Shown here: positions 18,004 through 28,250 of the stretch, piece after piece | Position numbering within the stretch: position 1 is the stretch's first letter | Layout: every line of letters starts with the position of its first letter | DNA from: Patescibacteria group bacterium | GTDB taxonomy: Bacteria; Patescibacteriota; Microgenomatia; UBA12405 | Direction: 5' to 3' | Length of the DNA stretch: 64,000 nucleotides | Assembly: GCA_023380755.1 (NCBI GenBank) | Contig: JAMCSD010000008.1 | Coordinates: forward strand, 24,592 to 88,591 | Position numbers and translations under genes: made by a program | The notes under the pieces: generated by a model | Databases searched by the model: none | What the model was told of the DNA's origin: nothing | Seen by the model: only the letters and a program-made list of their open reading frames with translations

Positions 18004-18675
18004 ATGGAGAGGGTAACTCTTAGCGCGTGCATTCAAAAACTAATTGCCCTGGGGGTATCAGTCGAATTGATTCTGCAGATAACAAAGACGCGACCAGATG
18101 CTTTAGGCGAATGGTTAGGGGAAGTCAGAGAGCCATCAGGGGAAACACTGATACGAATGCTGTGGCTGTGCTGGCAGTATGATCTCTACCCAGGACGGTT
18201 AATGCCAAACGAAATTATCCGTGGACTGGCAACGATAATTGCCTGTGACCTGCTGCCGCCAGTAGAAATCAGTAAAACAATAGGATTCCCAACTGAGACG
18301 CCGAAAGCAAACGCCAACCAAGGATTGTTTGGTTATCTTTTGGGCCGGACCGGGAAAATGTTGCCCGAACGGGAAGAAAGAGCCCAAAGCTTAATCCGTT
18401 ATTATCGAGAGCGATTCCCACCAAAACCCTCGGTAACGCCCCGACCAGAAAAAGTGAACGGGTCAAGGAGTGCTTACGCCGCGGACCTGGTGATTAAATT
18501 AGCAGAAGTACTCAAACCACTTTTAGAGGCCGATGAACCAGGTGAACGGGAAAAATTCCGCCGCCGGATTCAACAAAACGGAGAAGACACTCTGTTTGAG
18601 GCGAGCAACATGCTGTCGGCGGTGTGTTCCGAAAGTGCCAGAAAGGAATGGCGGAGATCAAGCAGAAGGAGATAA
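18004..18675 (+). CDS. Hypothetical protein with XRE-like HTH N-terminus
   Basis: AAGGAG SD before ATG 18004. LIALGVSVELILQITKTRPDALGEWLGEVREPSGETLIRMLWL resembles an HTH_XRE layout. Confidence 0.55.
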   Translation: MERVTLSACIQKLIALGVSVELILQITKTRPDALGEWLGEVREPSGETLIRMLWLCWQYDLYPGRLMPNEIIRGLATIIACDLLPPVEISKTIGFPTETPKANANQGLFGYLLGRTGKMLPEREERAQSLIRYYRERFPPKPSVTPRPEKVNGSRSAYAADLVIKLAEVLKPLLEADEPGEREKFRRRIQQNGEDTLFEASNMLSAVCSESARKEWRRSSRRR

Positions 18676-18680
18676 CAGAG

Positions 18681-20381
18681 ATGGACACGACAACTACCCT
18701 ACAGTTCGGGTTTGACACCAGAAATATTGTCAATATCTTGGCCGGCGAATACCCCACACTGAAGGACATCATCCGAGAAGGAGCGCAAAACGGGATTGAT
18801 GCCGGCGCCACACGACTGATGATCGTGCTGAACCACAAAGACAGACGGGTAGACGTGATGGATAACGGTAAAGGGGCATCTTTTGAGGAAATTAGAGCCA
18901 AGTTTTTACAAATCGGGAAGACGAATAAATCAGGGAATGTCTATGGAATGTTTGGAGTGGGATTGCTAAGCCCGATTGGGAAATGTAAGAAGGTGTTTTT
19001 TACCAGCCGCACCAAAGGGGACCATGCGTTCTATGATCTGGTGATCGACGAAAAGGAACTGCAAAAAAGCATGGGGGTACCGCAAATTGCCGTAAGGCCA
19101 TCAACAGCTGACGCCGGCAAGGAATGGTGGACCACCCGGGTGACAATGTTGGGAATTAAAGAGGACCATTACACCTGCAGATTCCCAACGCCTCAGGAAA
19201 TCGAATCGGAAATCATTTCCAACTTCAACGTCGGCTTGGAACGTAATAAGACAGACGTGGTGATCATTGTAATTAGCGAGCATGGGATTGCCGAAAAAGC
19301 GTATACCTTTAAGGCGAGGCCTTATGGGGGCGAACCGCTACCAGAGACAGAGATCAGCGACGACAGCAAACGAGGCGGGAAAGCACTTTTCCGGCTATTT
19401 GTGGTCCGATCACGACGCGGCGGCCGAGGAGTGAGTGTGGGAAATAGGGTAAACCCATCGCGAATTCGGTGGACGGATTTTGTCCGACATATGAGCCAGG
19501 AGCAGTTATCGAGCGATCTGTCTAAGGCGCTGTCGAAAGAAAGCGGCTTTTTTGAAGGAGAAATCCTGACATCAGCACTCGCGTTCTTAAATGTGGACCG
19601 GCAAACATTTAAGATGAGTGACCAACTGCTAGAATTCCTGGTGGCGATCGAGAAATGGTGGCAAACTATCGGAAAGGAGATATATGAGGAGGCGATCGAA
19701 GAAGGCCGAGACCAGGTCTACCAAGTGAGCATGTTAAATGTCTTAAGGGATGTCCAAAACACCATCCTGAAAGATGATGAGACGAGGAAGGCGCTGTACC
19801 AGGAGCTCTCGGCGATGATGAGGACAGGAACCGTGGGTGACAGCCACGCCCGAGTGCCGCGAAAAAATTTAGTCGGAGATCAACCGGATAAGTCGCTGGC
19901 AACACTGGGCGGACCGATAAAGCCGAAAAGCAATACCTACCAAGGGCACGAGATATCGGACAGACCGAAGGCCAAACAGGGAGATGTGACCACATCAGCT
20001 TTGGGGCCGATGGGCCGAAAACGACGGATCGTCAAAGATGACGGAACGGGATTGCAAATGGAAGTGGCGACGATGGCCGGAAGTTCGCTAGCATATGAGT
20101 TCATCCCGGAAATGGCATTGATCAGGATTAACAGCCGACACCCGGATTTTGCGCGGTGTGAAGACAAGAGTGATCGGGTGCTGACGCAATACATGGCCTT
20201 AATCGCCCAAGACGTTATCCTGAAGATCATTACCAGATCCCTGGAAGATGACAAGACAAACCGGATGCTGGATATGAAACGAGCGATGGCAGTCAGATCG
20301 CTGACGATGTCGCCACTGTTTAACCAGGGGGCATTGTTATCGCAAGCCCGGGAAGAGAGGGAAAAGAAAGAAAAGAAATAA
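18681..20381 (+). CDS. GHKL / Bergerat-fold ATPase (HATPase_c_3-like, MORC-like class)
   Basis: N-box REGAQNGIDAGA, G1 box MDNGKGASFEEI, G2 box GMFGVGLLS. AAGGAG SD before ATG 18681, just after the upstream stop codon. Confidence 0.8.
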   Translation: MDTTTTLQFGFDTRNIVNILAGEYPTLKDIIREGAQNGIDAGATRLMIVLNHKDRRVDVMDNGKGASFEEIRAKFLQIGKTNKSGNVYGMFGVGLLSPIGKCKKVFFTSRTKGDHAFYDLVIDEKELQKSMGVPQIAVRPSTADAGKEWWTTRVTMLGIKEDHYTCRFPTPQEIESEIISNFNVGLERNKTDVVIIVISEHGIAEKAYTFKARPYGGEPLPETEISDDSKRGGKALFRLFVVRSRRGGRGVSVGNRVNPSRIRWTDFVRHMSQEQLSSDLSKALSKESGFFEGEILTSALAFLNVDRQTFKMSDQLLEFLVAIEKWWQTIGKEIYEEAIEEGRDQVYQVSMLNVLRDVQNTILKDDETRKALYQELSAMMRTGTVGDSHARVPRKNLVGDQPDKSLATLGGPIKPKSNTYQGHEISDRPKAKQGDVTTSALGPMGRKRRIVKDDGTGLQMEVATMAGSSLAYEFIPEMALIRINSRHPDFARCEDKSDRVLTQYMALIAQDVILKIITRSLEDDKTNRMLDMKRAMAVRSLTMSPLFNQGALLSQAREEREKKEKK

Positions 20382-20455
20382 AAGTTCTCAACCAGAAGAT
20401 ACGCCTCCTGGGCTAACAGGCAAAGGGGGCGTATCGACTTATCTTAAAATAAATT

Positions 20456-20686
20456 ATGGTACGGCTATTTTTCCCACCAAAAACATTGGAAAAAATGAAG
20501 GCGATGGGGATCGCAGAGGCAGATATCGAGGATGTGTTTAATAAAGGCCAGCACGGAGTAAGCAAAGGCAATAAGATGGCAATTCGAAAATATAATGGTT
20601 ACGAAATCGGAATTTTTTATGTTATGGCGACTTTTGGCCCTTATGATTATGCAGTGGTGGCGGTATGGAAGCGGGAGAGGGGTTAA
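20456..20686 (+). CDS. Small hypothetical protein (DUF4258-like layout, weak)
   Basis: 76-aa ORF, KTLEKMKAMGIAEADIEDVFNKG. Confidence 0.4.
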   Translation: MVRLFFPPKTLEKMKAMGIAEADIEDVFNKGQHGVSKGNKMAIRKYNGYEIGIFYVMATFGPYDYAVVAVWKRERG

Positions 20687-21853
20687 TCAACGAAGGCTCT
20701 TGGCAGCATAGACGAAAGTAAGAATCAAAACGACAGCGGCTATAAGATAGGGAGAACGGATCCCAAGGGCGCTATAAAAGAAAGTACCAGTTATGGGGCC
20801 GATTAAGCGAGCCAGACTGCCAACAGATTGACTGGTACCCATGATATTCCCCTGCTCGGTGTCGGGGGTTAATTTGGAAATTAAACCAGCAAGTACCGGA
20901 CCGGAAAGGTTGTTACTGACAGCAAGAATAGTAACCGCCAAAATAAGAATGAAAATAGTCGAACTATAGGCAATTAGAACTAGGGAAAGGGCCATACCAA
21001 CCAGAGAGAAAACAATAATCTGATTCTCGGACAGCCAAGAAAGGATTTTTTTGAGGAAAAAAAGCTGTAAGAGTATGCCGACAATGCCCAAGTAGGCGAA
21101 GAGGAAGCCGTTAGCAGCGGCATCGAGACCCAGGGAATGCTGAGTAAAAAGAGCAAAGGTACCCTGCATCAGAGAAAAGGCTAACATCGTTAAAAAGGAA
21201 ATGGTGAGCAAGAGACCAACTTCAGGATGGGTAAGGGCATCAATAAAGTCTTGAAAGTTAAAAACCAATTTAGGCTTCGGGGAGCGGTTAGCAGATGAAT
21301 GACTTTCCCGGCGGGACTCGGGAAGGAAAAAATAGGTTAACAAGGTGGCAACGAGAGCGGCAAAGGCGGCCACAAAGGCGGGAACAGCATAACCGTAGCG
21401 GGAAAGAAAACCACCCAAAGCCGGGCCAAGGATAAAACCGAGACTAAAGGCAGCCATCATTACCCCCATGCTTTGAGTACGATTTTCCTTGGTGGTAACA
21501 TCGGCAATATAGGCTTGAGCGGTGGAAATGTTGCCACCAGAGGCGCCATCGACAATCCGTGCCAAAAAGAGAACGGGGACAGACTTGGCCAGACCTAATA
21601 ACAAAAAAGAAAGGGTGGTGCCGCCAATAGAAAACAACAAAATGGGGCGGCGGCCATATTTATCGGATAACTCCCCTAAGATAGGCGAAGATAGTAACTG
21701 AAAGAGGGAGTAGGCGGCAGAAATCAGGCCAATAGTGAGAGGGCCAGCGCCAAAGCTTTCGACATAATAAGGTAAAAGGGGCAAGATGATGCCAAAACCC
21801 AAGAGATTGACAAAAATGATCAAAAAAATAATCCAGAGTCTTTTATCGGCCAT
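20687..21853 (-). CDS. MFS transporter (drug:H+ antiporter-like)
   Basis: 12 hydrophobic segments. MFS loop motif GELSDKYGRRPILL. Confidence 0.88.
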   Translation of the reverse strand: MADKRLWIIFLIIFVNLLGFGIILPLLPYYVESFGAGPLTIGLISAAYSLFQLLSSPILGELSDKYGRRPILLFSIGGTTLSFLLLGLAKSVPVLFLARIVDGASGGNISTAQAYIADVTTKENRTQSMGVMMAAFSLGFILGPALGGFLSRYGYAVPAFVAAFAALVATLLTYFFLPESRRESHSSANRSPKPKLVFNFQDFIDALTHPEVGLLLTISFLTMLAFSLMQGTFALFTQHSLGLDAAANGFLFAYLGIVGILLQLFFLKKILSWLSENQIIVFSLVGMALSLVLIAYSSTIFILILAVTILAVSNNLSGPVLAGLISKLTPDTEQGNIMGTSQSVGSLARLIGPITGTFFYSALGIRSPYLIAAVVLILTFVYAAKSLR

Positions 21854-21969
21854 ATATGGGAAAAGGTAAATAAGGGCTTAGAAGTTTAACACGTCAATTG
21901 CCGACATGGGAAGGAATGGGGTATACTAATATTATATTAGTAGTAGTTACTTTTTGACAGGAGGGCTAT

Positions 21970-22725
21970 ATGAGATTGTTGGCACTACTACTGCTTTCAT
22001 GGATTTTGACCACGGGCCAAGGCCTGTTCACCCAACTACAAACAACACCTTACAATCCAAAAAATAATGAGGCAGTAGTCAAAACAATTAGTGACCAGTC
22101 TTCAGCAGTAGTAATGATTAGAGGGTTTGGGATGAGCCCATCGCGAATGAGATTATGGCGAAGCGGTGATTCGATTGTCCAATCAACCGAGGGAACAGGA
22201 TTTATTATTGACAGTTCGGGGACAATTCTGACCAATAAACACGTGGTCGATAATTCGGGAGAAACTTACTCGGTAATTACCAGCAACGGATTGAGGTATT
22301 CGGTGGTATCGATTAACCGGGATCCGAGTAATGATGTGGCGGTGGTAAAAATTAACCCAAATGAACACCAGGGAGAAGCGCTAAAAGCATTAAGCTTAGG
22401 AGATTCAGATAATATTCAGGTGGGAGAGCAGGTGGTGGCCATGGGAGATGATCCGGGAAATACCTCGCCAACAATTTTAAGCGGTTTTATTATTGGGCGA
22501 GGAGACACGATAGTGGCGGAAGATTACCAGAGTAGTAATTCGGAAAAACTGTCTAACGTGATTGAAACCGATTTGGGATTAGTCCCGGGAAATTCGGGCA
22601 GCCCACTCTTGAATCAATCAGGAAAAGTGATCGGAATTAACACGGCAATATCGGGGGGACTGGAAACCATGAGTTTTGCCATACCGATTAATGCAGTAAA
22701 GGATTTTGTAAAAAACAATCAATAG
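21970..22725 (+). CDS. Trypsin-like (S1C/HtrA-like) serine protease without PDZ
   Basis: GTGFIIDSSGTILTNKHVV (His), NDVAVVKI (Asp), GNSGSPLLNQSGKVIGINTA (Ser). Signal peptide. AGGAGG SD. Confidence 0.88.
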   Translation: MRLLALLLLSWILTTGQGLFTQLQTTPYNPKNNEAVVKTISDQSSAVVMIRGFGMSPSRMRLWRSGDSIVQSTEGTGFIIDSSGTILTNKHVVDNSGETYSVITSNGLRYSVVSINRDPSNDVAVVKINPNEHQGEALKALSLGDSDNIQVGEQVVAMGDDPGNTSPTILSGFIIGRGDTIVAEDYQSSNSEKLSNVIETDLGLVPGNSGSPLLNQSGKVIGINTAISGGLETMSFAIPINAVKDFVKNNQ

Positions 22726-22783
22726 CAGTTGTAATAAAAAATTCAGTTGGGACGTATTAATAGGTTATTAATTAAATTTTATT

Positions 22784-23434
22784 ATGAAATTAAGACAATG
22801 GATATTAAGTGGAGTGTTAATGATGCCAGTGCTGGCACTCCCCTGGCAGGTTCAGGCGTGGAACAATAAAACCACAGTCCATAATAGGCTGCAGAGTAAT
22901 GAAGAAACTAGGGAAAGAAAGATAGCGGCAACCCGGAGAGCGCGAATAATCAACCCCAGTCGCCGGGGAACCCTAAGTAATATTGACGGAACAACGCTAA
23001 TATTGACAGCAACTGACGGAAAAACATATACGGTAAATATTAATAGTAATACGGTCTTAAGAAGGAGATTTGGAGGACTCTCCAATTTGGGTGAATTTAG
23101 TAATGGCGACCAATTGCTGGTAATGGGACCAGTAGACACAACGAATAAGACAATTACAGCCCGGACAATATGGGATAATTCAATCCAAAAGTTCAACGGA
23201 ACCTTTTTGGGAACAGTGACTCCAATCGATAATACCAGCTTTACATTAAGCTCAGCCAAAAGGGGCGAGCAAAAGGTGGTTTTTGAGACGAATATCAAGT
23301 TTGTAAACAGCCAAGGCAAGATGATGGCGGCAACCGACATTAAGGCAAACGACAAGGTCCGAGTGTCGGGATTATGGGACAGCAAACATAAGCAAATCAC
23401 GGAAGTAAAGACAGTACGAGATTTATCGTCCTAA
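22784..23434 (+). CDS. Secreted hypothetical protein
   Basis: Signal peptide MKLRQWILSGVLMMPVLALPWQVQA. Repeated beta-rich segments. Confidence 0.6.
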   Translation: MKLRQWILSGVLMMPVLALPWQVQAWNNKTTVHNRLQSNEETRERKIAATRRARIINPSRRGTLSNIDGTTLILTATDGKTYTVNINSNTVLRRRFGGLSNLGEFSNGDQLLVMGPVDTTNKTITARTIWDNSIQKFNGTFLGTVTPIDNTSFTLSSAKRGEQKVVFETNIKFVNSQGKMMAATDIKANDKVRVSGLWDSKHKQITEVKTVRDLSS

Positions 23435-23454
23435 CGGTTAGAGTTGGTGCTGAC

Positions 23455-23485
23455 AAAAACCGGCAGTTTATTCTGCCGGTTTTTT
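23455..23485. terminator. Bidirectional rho-independent terminator between convergent genes
   Basis: AAAAA-CCGGCAG-TTTATT-CTGCCGG-TTTTTT. Confidence 0.85.
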
Positions 23486-23495
23486 AAGGAATTAG

Positions 23496-24005
23496 TTATT
23501 TGTAGTACTCGCGAATTTGGAAGAGAATCCACAAAGAAAGAGCGGTGGAGATAAGAAAGCTAACAATATTGAGGGAAACTAAGTTGTAAACAGCATTCAG
23601 TAAGGCAGCATAATAAGCCAGGTTCCAACCAGAGCGGCGACGTTTAATTAAGCCGGGAACGGCAAGAGCCTCCAGGACCAGAGTGATAATCAAGAAGACA
23701 ACGGAAAAGGAGAAGTGGAGGCCAGAAGAAACACCACCGTAGTAACTAACAGGAGCAAGAAGAGCACTGACGCCGAGAACGAAAAGAAGGCCAGGCAAAG
23801 AAAGAAGGAGAATTATTAAGGTAATATAAGGACCATATTTAACGATCGCTTCCTTAACATTGGTGGGAAGAGCCGGGGCCTTGCGAAGGAAAAGGTCTTC
23901 TAAAAAATTGTTGGCTTGGGAGACAGTAGCATTGAGATCATTTGAACTAGTGTTAGATGGTTTGGCGGCTTTAGCCGTAGTTTTTGTTGATTTTTCCATA
24001 GCCAA
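23496..24005 (-). CDS. Hypothetical membrane protein
   Basis: 169-aa ORF with 4 C-terminal hydrophobic helices. Confidence 0.6.
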   Translation of the reverse strand: MAMEKSTKTTAKAAKPSNTSSNDLNATVSQANNFLEDLFLRKAPALPTNVKEAIVKYGPYITLIILLLSLPGLLFVLGVSALLAPVSYYGGVSSGLHFSFSVVFLIITLVLEALAVPGLIKRRRSGWNLAYYAALLNAVYNLVSLNIVSFLISTALSLWILFQIREYYK

Positions 24006-24035
24006 TTATGGCACAGTAATTTAGTAGGAGTCAAG

Positions 24036-25007
24036 TCAGGGGGAGTTAGAACGAAAAAAGTCGAGGTCGCGATTAAGAGCTTGGGTCCAATGTTTGGCTA
24101 AATCATGATTATCGTTAGGGTAGGAATAAAAAGTAACCGGAAGACGGGAGGCTTGGAGACTTTCAGCCAGTTGCTGACCCCAGACATAAGGGACGACGGG
24201 GTCAGTAGGACTGTGATGGATGATAATCGGAGCGTGAAGCTTGCCAAGGTGACTAGAAGAAGAAAATTGGGCGGCCCCATAAGTATCCAATAAGTGGTCG
24301 AGTGTATCGGAAAAATTGGGGGTTAAAGTTTCGTAGGGGTGTTTAGCACTCATAAAATAGGTCAGATTGAGGGGATAGGTGGTGACAGCCGGAGCCCATA
24401 AAGAAAGACCTTTAATGTCCGGGGAGACTTCGGCCACCAAAAGACTGACATCGGCACCCATGGAGTGACCATAGAGAAATATCCGCTGAGGATTAGCAGA
24501 AGGAAGGCTGGGAATACCAGAAAGGAGATTGAGGACATCAACGGCATATTGCTGATGGCTAATAGCCGCGGAAATGGAACCCTGAGACTGATCGTGGCCA
24601 CGATAATCGGGCTTGAGGACTAAAAAGCCATGAGAGGCGTAAAAATTAACAGTATTGCGGTAAGAATCCGGGGTGGAATAAAGACGGGGAGTAATGTGGC
24701 CATGATTGACAATAATGACCGGCCAGCCGTTAACTGGAGGTTTGCCCGCGGGGATAACCATGAGAGCATAAAGCATAAGATTTTCAGAATGATAAGAGAG
24801 CAAATAGGAACGGAGGGTGGCGGAGGAACTTAATTGTTTTTCAACAGTTAAAGGGTTATGGGGCGTGACGTGAGTTAGGAGGCGGCTCTGACCATAGGGG
24901 TGATCAGGGGGAAGATGAACTTCCTCAATCCGTTCGGGAATGACAAAAGTACGATAGAGGGTGTAAATTAAGCCGGCGGTTAACAGGAGTACCAGGAGTT
25001 TCCACAC
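24036..25007 (-). CDS. Alpha/beta hydrolase (S9/dienelactone-hydrolase-like)
   Basis: Nucleophile elbow GHSMGAD. N-terminal TM. GTG start 5 nt after TATAAT. Confidence 0.8.
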   Translation of the reverse strand: MWKLLVLLLTAGLIYTLYRTFVIPERIEEVHLPPDHPYGQSRLLTHVTPHNPLTVEKQLSSSATLRSYLLSYHSENLMLYALMVIPAGKPPVNGWPVIIVNHGHITPRLYSTPDSYRNTVNFYASHGFLVLKPDYRGHDQSQGSISAAISHQQYAVDVLNLLSGIPSLPSANPQRIFLYGHSMGADVSLLVAEVSPDIKGLSLWAPAVTTYPLNLTYFMSAKHPYETLTPNFSDTLDHLLDTYGAAQFSSSSHLGKLHAPIIIHHSPTDPVVPYVWGQQLAESLQASRLPVTFYSYPNDNHDLAKHWTQALNRDLDFFRSNSP

Positions 25008-25021
25008 AAATAATTATATAG

Positions 25022-25525
25022 CTACCTGACGGTTAGAGTACCAACCATACCCATTTGCCGGTGGCTGTCGACCGGACAATAAAACTGATAAGTACCGGGT
25101 TTATCGGCAACAAAAGAAATAGTGTCATTTTGACCGTCGGAAACCAGTTGGCTTTGAACATTAAATTCATCGATAGCAAAACCATGGGGACCGCCGGCAC
25201 CATTAAGAGTAATCTGAACCGTATCACCATGATTAACAGTAATTTGGTTGGGAGTAAACTGATAATTACTGGCAGCAATGGTAAATTTGCGAACCATACC
25301 GGTGGTGGCGGGAGAGGTTTGGTTGAAAGTGGCGGGAAGAGTGCTTAAAGGAACAATAGTAACGGCGGGTGTCAGGCTGGTAATGGGAGTCGGGGTAACG
25401 GTGCCGGTGACGGTGACAACCGGCTGGACCACGGTAGGATTAGGAATGACGCGGCGACCAAAAACGACAGCTAAAACAATAATAACGACCAACAGAGCGA
25501 CGATAAACAAACCATTATTACCCAT
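25022..25525 (-). CDS. Cupredoxin-domain (blue-copper-like) protein, membrane anchored
   Basis: HGFAIDEF ... YQFYCPVDSHRQMGMVGTLTV supplies His/Cys/His/Met copper ligands. N-terminal TM. AGGAG SD. Confidence 0.8.
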   Translation of the reverse strand: MGNNGLFIVALLVVIIVLAVVFGRRVIPNPTVVQPVVTVTGTVTPTPITSLTPAVTIVPLSTLPATFNQTSPATTGMVRKFTIAASNYQFTPNQITVNHGDTVQITLNGAGGPHGFAIDEFNVQSQLVSDGQNDTISFVADKPGTYQFYCPVDSHRQMGMVGTLTVR

Positions 25526-25572
25526 AACTATCTCCTATTAAATCCGTATTAGTTAAATAATTCTACCACAAA

Positions 25573-26694
25573 TTAGACCAATCGGGAGAGTAGTGGTAAG
25601 GTTTTAAAGAGACGGACTAAGGTAAAAGAGAGAATGATGGTGCTTAAAATGGTGAGCACGAACCAATAATAAGGATGGGTTGATAAAAGACTGGCAAAGG
25701 GATGAACAAGAAGGAAGATGTCAATAATAGCCGGATGGATAAGGTAAACCCCCATAGTAAGATTGGCAAGTTTGTCGAGGGGAAAGATTTTAAGAATACT
25801 TAAAAAGGATGAAGGTGCCCGGATGAGAAAGAAAAAGATAATCAAAGAAGGAATAGCAGTAAGAAGGGAGAGGCGGTGACTTAAAAAAGCACCCTGATCA
25901 GTAAGGCCAAACCGGGAAATAAAGTGGTAATCACCAACGGTAGCGAGGAATAAGCAAAGAGGAATCAGAAGAAGCAGCCAGCGGGAAGTCCCCCACTGCC
26001 GCCGAGAGGCCCAAATCCCAGCCAAGTAATAGCCGATGTACAAGATGAACCAAGTTGGCAGCTGGTTTAGCTGAGGCCACCAGAACCAGGTGGTGGCAAT
26101 TAAATAGGCATTGGACAAAAATAAAAGAACGGGAACAAGAAGAGTAAAAATGGGCTTAGTAATGACTTTTTGAAGGAGAGGGGTAATCAAATAGAGACCA
26201 AGAATTAAATCAAGAAAATAGAGATGGTAATAAGTGCCACCATTGTAAAAACGTTCAAAGAATTCCGAAAGATCAAGAACGCGAGCGCCGGTAAGCTTAT
26301 CTAAAAGATAATAGATGATGTTCCAGGCGAGGAAAGGCAGGAGAAGACGATTTAAGCGGCGGCGATAAAAATCTTTGACATTAATTAAGCGACGGGAATT
26401 GAGTAATAGATAGCCGCTAATCATAACAAACAAGGGAGTACCAAAACGAGGAATTTGATTGAGAACCATGAAGGGCAGCCAAGAGGGATTATCGATCTTT
26501 CCAAAAAGTTTATAGAGAGGATCAGAAGCATGAATAGTAACAATGGCTACGGCTGACAAAAGCCGGATGAGGTCGATTTGGTAGAGATGTTCTTTGGTGG
26601 GAAGATTTTCGGAGGTCACAAGGAACTCTATAAGAGAGAGGTGAGAAGCAGCTGAGAGCTTAGGCTTGGATCTTCTCGAAAAGATAACTGCCAA
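25573..26694 (-). CDS. Acyltransferase family 3 membrane protein
   Basis: IDLIRLLSAVAIVTIHAS start of the acyltransferase_3 pattern and ~10 TM helices. The exact start is uncertain because it overlaps the upstream permease end. Confidence 0.75.
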   Translation of the reverse strand: MAVIFSRRSKPKLSAASHLSLIEFLVTSENLPTKEHLYQIDLIRLLSAVAIVTIHASDPLYKLFGKIDNPSWLPFMVLNQIPRFGTPLFVMISGYLLLNSRRLINVKDFYRRRLNRLLLPFLAWNIIYYLLDKLTGARVLDLSEFFERFYNGGTYYHLYFLDLILGLYLITPLLQKVITKPIFTLLVPVLLFLSNAYLIATTWFWWPQLNQLPTWFILYIGYYLAGIWASRRQWGTSRWLLLLIPLCLFLATVGDYHFISRFGLTDQGAFLSHRLSLLTAIPSLIIFFFLIRAPSSFLSILKIFPLDKLANLTMGVYLIHPAIIDIFLLVHPFASLLSTHPYYWFVLTILSTIILSFTLVRLFKTLPLLSRLV

Positions 26695-27406
26695 GAATTA
26701 AGAGAAGAGTGGTTAAGGTGAGGAGAAGGAAAAGATCGAAGGTAACACCAAAACGAGAAACATTAATCAGTGTATCACGGAAACCGTCAACACCATAAGT
26801 CAGGGGGTCAATTTTGGCAATAAAGGCAATGAGGGGCGGCAAACCCTGAAGGGGAAAAAGGGCACCAGAAAGGAAATAAATGGGCATAATCAAAAAATTG
26901 ATAATCACCTGAAAACCCTGCATATCTTCTAATAAAGAAGCAATAATGGTTCCCAGAGAAGTAAAGAAAACGGCGACCAAAAACATGAAGATGAAAGCCA
27001 GGGGGAGAAGGGCAAAATTTGCCGGGCGAAAGCCAACTAAGAGGGTTAACAGAAATACAATTATCCCTTGGATAACAGCCACAGTAGCCCCACCAAGAGT
27101 TTTCCCAAGAATAATGGAAAGGCGAGAGACAGGAGCCACTAAGGTTTCTTTAAGAAAGCCAAACTGACGATCCCAAATAAGATCGATACCAGAAAAGACA
27201 CCGGTAAAAAGAACACTCATGAGAATAATACCGGGAGCAAGAAATTGAATATAGTTGCCATTTCCCGCCCGCTGATAAATAGAGCCGAAACCAAAACCAA
27301 AAGCAATCAAGAAAAGAAGCGGTTGGCCAAGGGAACCAATCATCCGAGAACGAGAACGGAAATATTTTTTAAGCTGACGCAGCCAAAGGATATAAATAGT
27401 AGTCAT
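26660..27406 (-). CDS. ABC-2 type exporter permease
   Basis: 248 aa, 6 TM helices, immediately downstream of the ATPase. Confidence 0.85.
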   Translation of the reverse strand: MTTIYILWLRQLKKYFRSRSRMIGSLGQPLLFLIAFGFGFGSIYQRAGNGNYIQFLAPGIILMSVLFTGVFSGIDLIWDRQFGFLKETLVAPVSRLSIILGKTLGGATVAVIQGIIVFLLTLLVGFRPANFALLPLAFIFMFLVAVFFTSLGTIIASLLEDMQGFQVIINFLIMPIYFLSGALFPLQGLPPLIAFIAKIDPLTYGVDGFRDTLINVSRFGVTFDLFLLLTLTTLLLILGSYLFEKIQA

Positions 27407-27409
27407 AGG

Positions 27410-28210
27410 TTAACGATGCCGCAGCTGCCGCCGCTGGCGAAGACGATCCAAACTACTAACTTCTTCTTGGCGGATTTCGTGGCCAGTTAGGGCCAGGAAA
27501 GCATCTTCTAAAGAGGCGGTATGGGTGGATTTTTGTAAATCATTAACAGTACCAGTAGCAATAATTTGGCCATGGTCAATGATAGAAATGCGTTGGGCAA
27601 CCCGAGCGGCTTCTTCCATGTAATGAGTGGTAAAGAAAATGGTCATATGTTCGGTGGTGTTAATCTCTTTAAGATAGTTCCACATATGGTTGCGGGTTTG
27701 GGGATCGAGACCGAGAGTGGGTTCATCTAGAAAAAGGACTTCAGGATGATGCAGCAGACCGCGGGCAATTTCGAGACGGCGTTTCATGCCGCCGGAAAAA
27801 TTTTTAACAAGATCATCTTTACGATCCCAAAGCTCAACAAACTGCATTAACTGCTGAATGCGGGGATGGCGTTCGGACGCAGGAACGTGATACATAATGG
27901 CGTGAAATTCCATATTTTCATAAGCAGTAAGATCTTCGTCTAAACTCGGATCCTGAAAAACAATGCCAAAGGATCGGCGAACGGCAGCTTTGCTGTCTTG
28001 GGGATTAGCATGGTTTAAACGAATTTCTCCGGAGGTAGGATCAAGGAGGGTGGTAAGCATTTTGATGGTAGTACTCTTTCCAGCACCGTTGGGGCCCAAA
28101 AAAGCAAAAATTTCACCGCGAGTAACTGAAAAGGAAATATCATTGACAGCCGAGAGATTACCGAACTTCTTGACGAGGTGAGTAACAGCAATAATCGGTT
28201 CATTATTCAT
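27410..28210 (-). CDS. ABC transporter ATP-binding protein (DrrA-like)
   Basis: Walker A GPNGAGKST, signature FSGGMKRRLEIA, Walker B LFLDEPTLGLD. Confidence 0.93.
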   Translation of the reverse strand: MNNEPIIAVTHLVKKFGNLSAVNDISFSVTRGEIFAFLGPNGAGKSTTIKMLTTLLDPTSGEIRLNHANPQDSKAAVRRSFGIVFQDPSLDEDLTAYENMEFHAIMYHVPASERHPRIQQLMQFVELWDRKDDLVKNFSGGMKRRLEIARGLLHHPEVLFLDEPTLGLDPQTRNHMWNYLKEINTTEHMTIFFTTHYMEEAARVAQRISIIDHGQIIATGTVNDLQKSTHTASLEDAFLALTGHEIRQEEVSSLDRLRQRRQLRHR

Positions 28211-28250
28211 GAATATGCTATTTTACCTTAATAGGTTACAATTGGAGATA

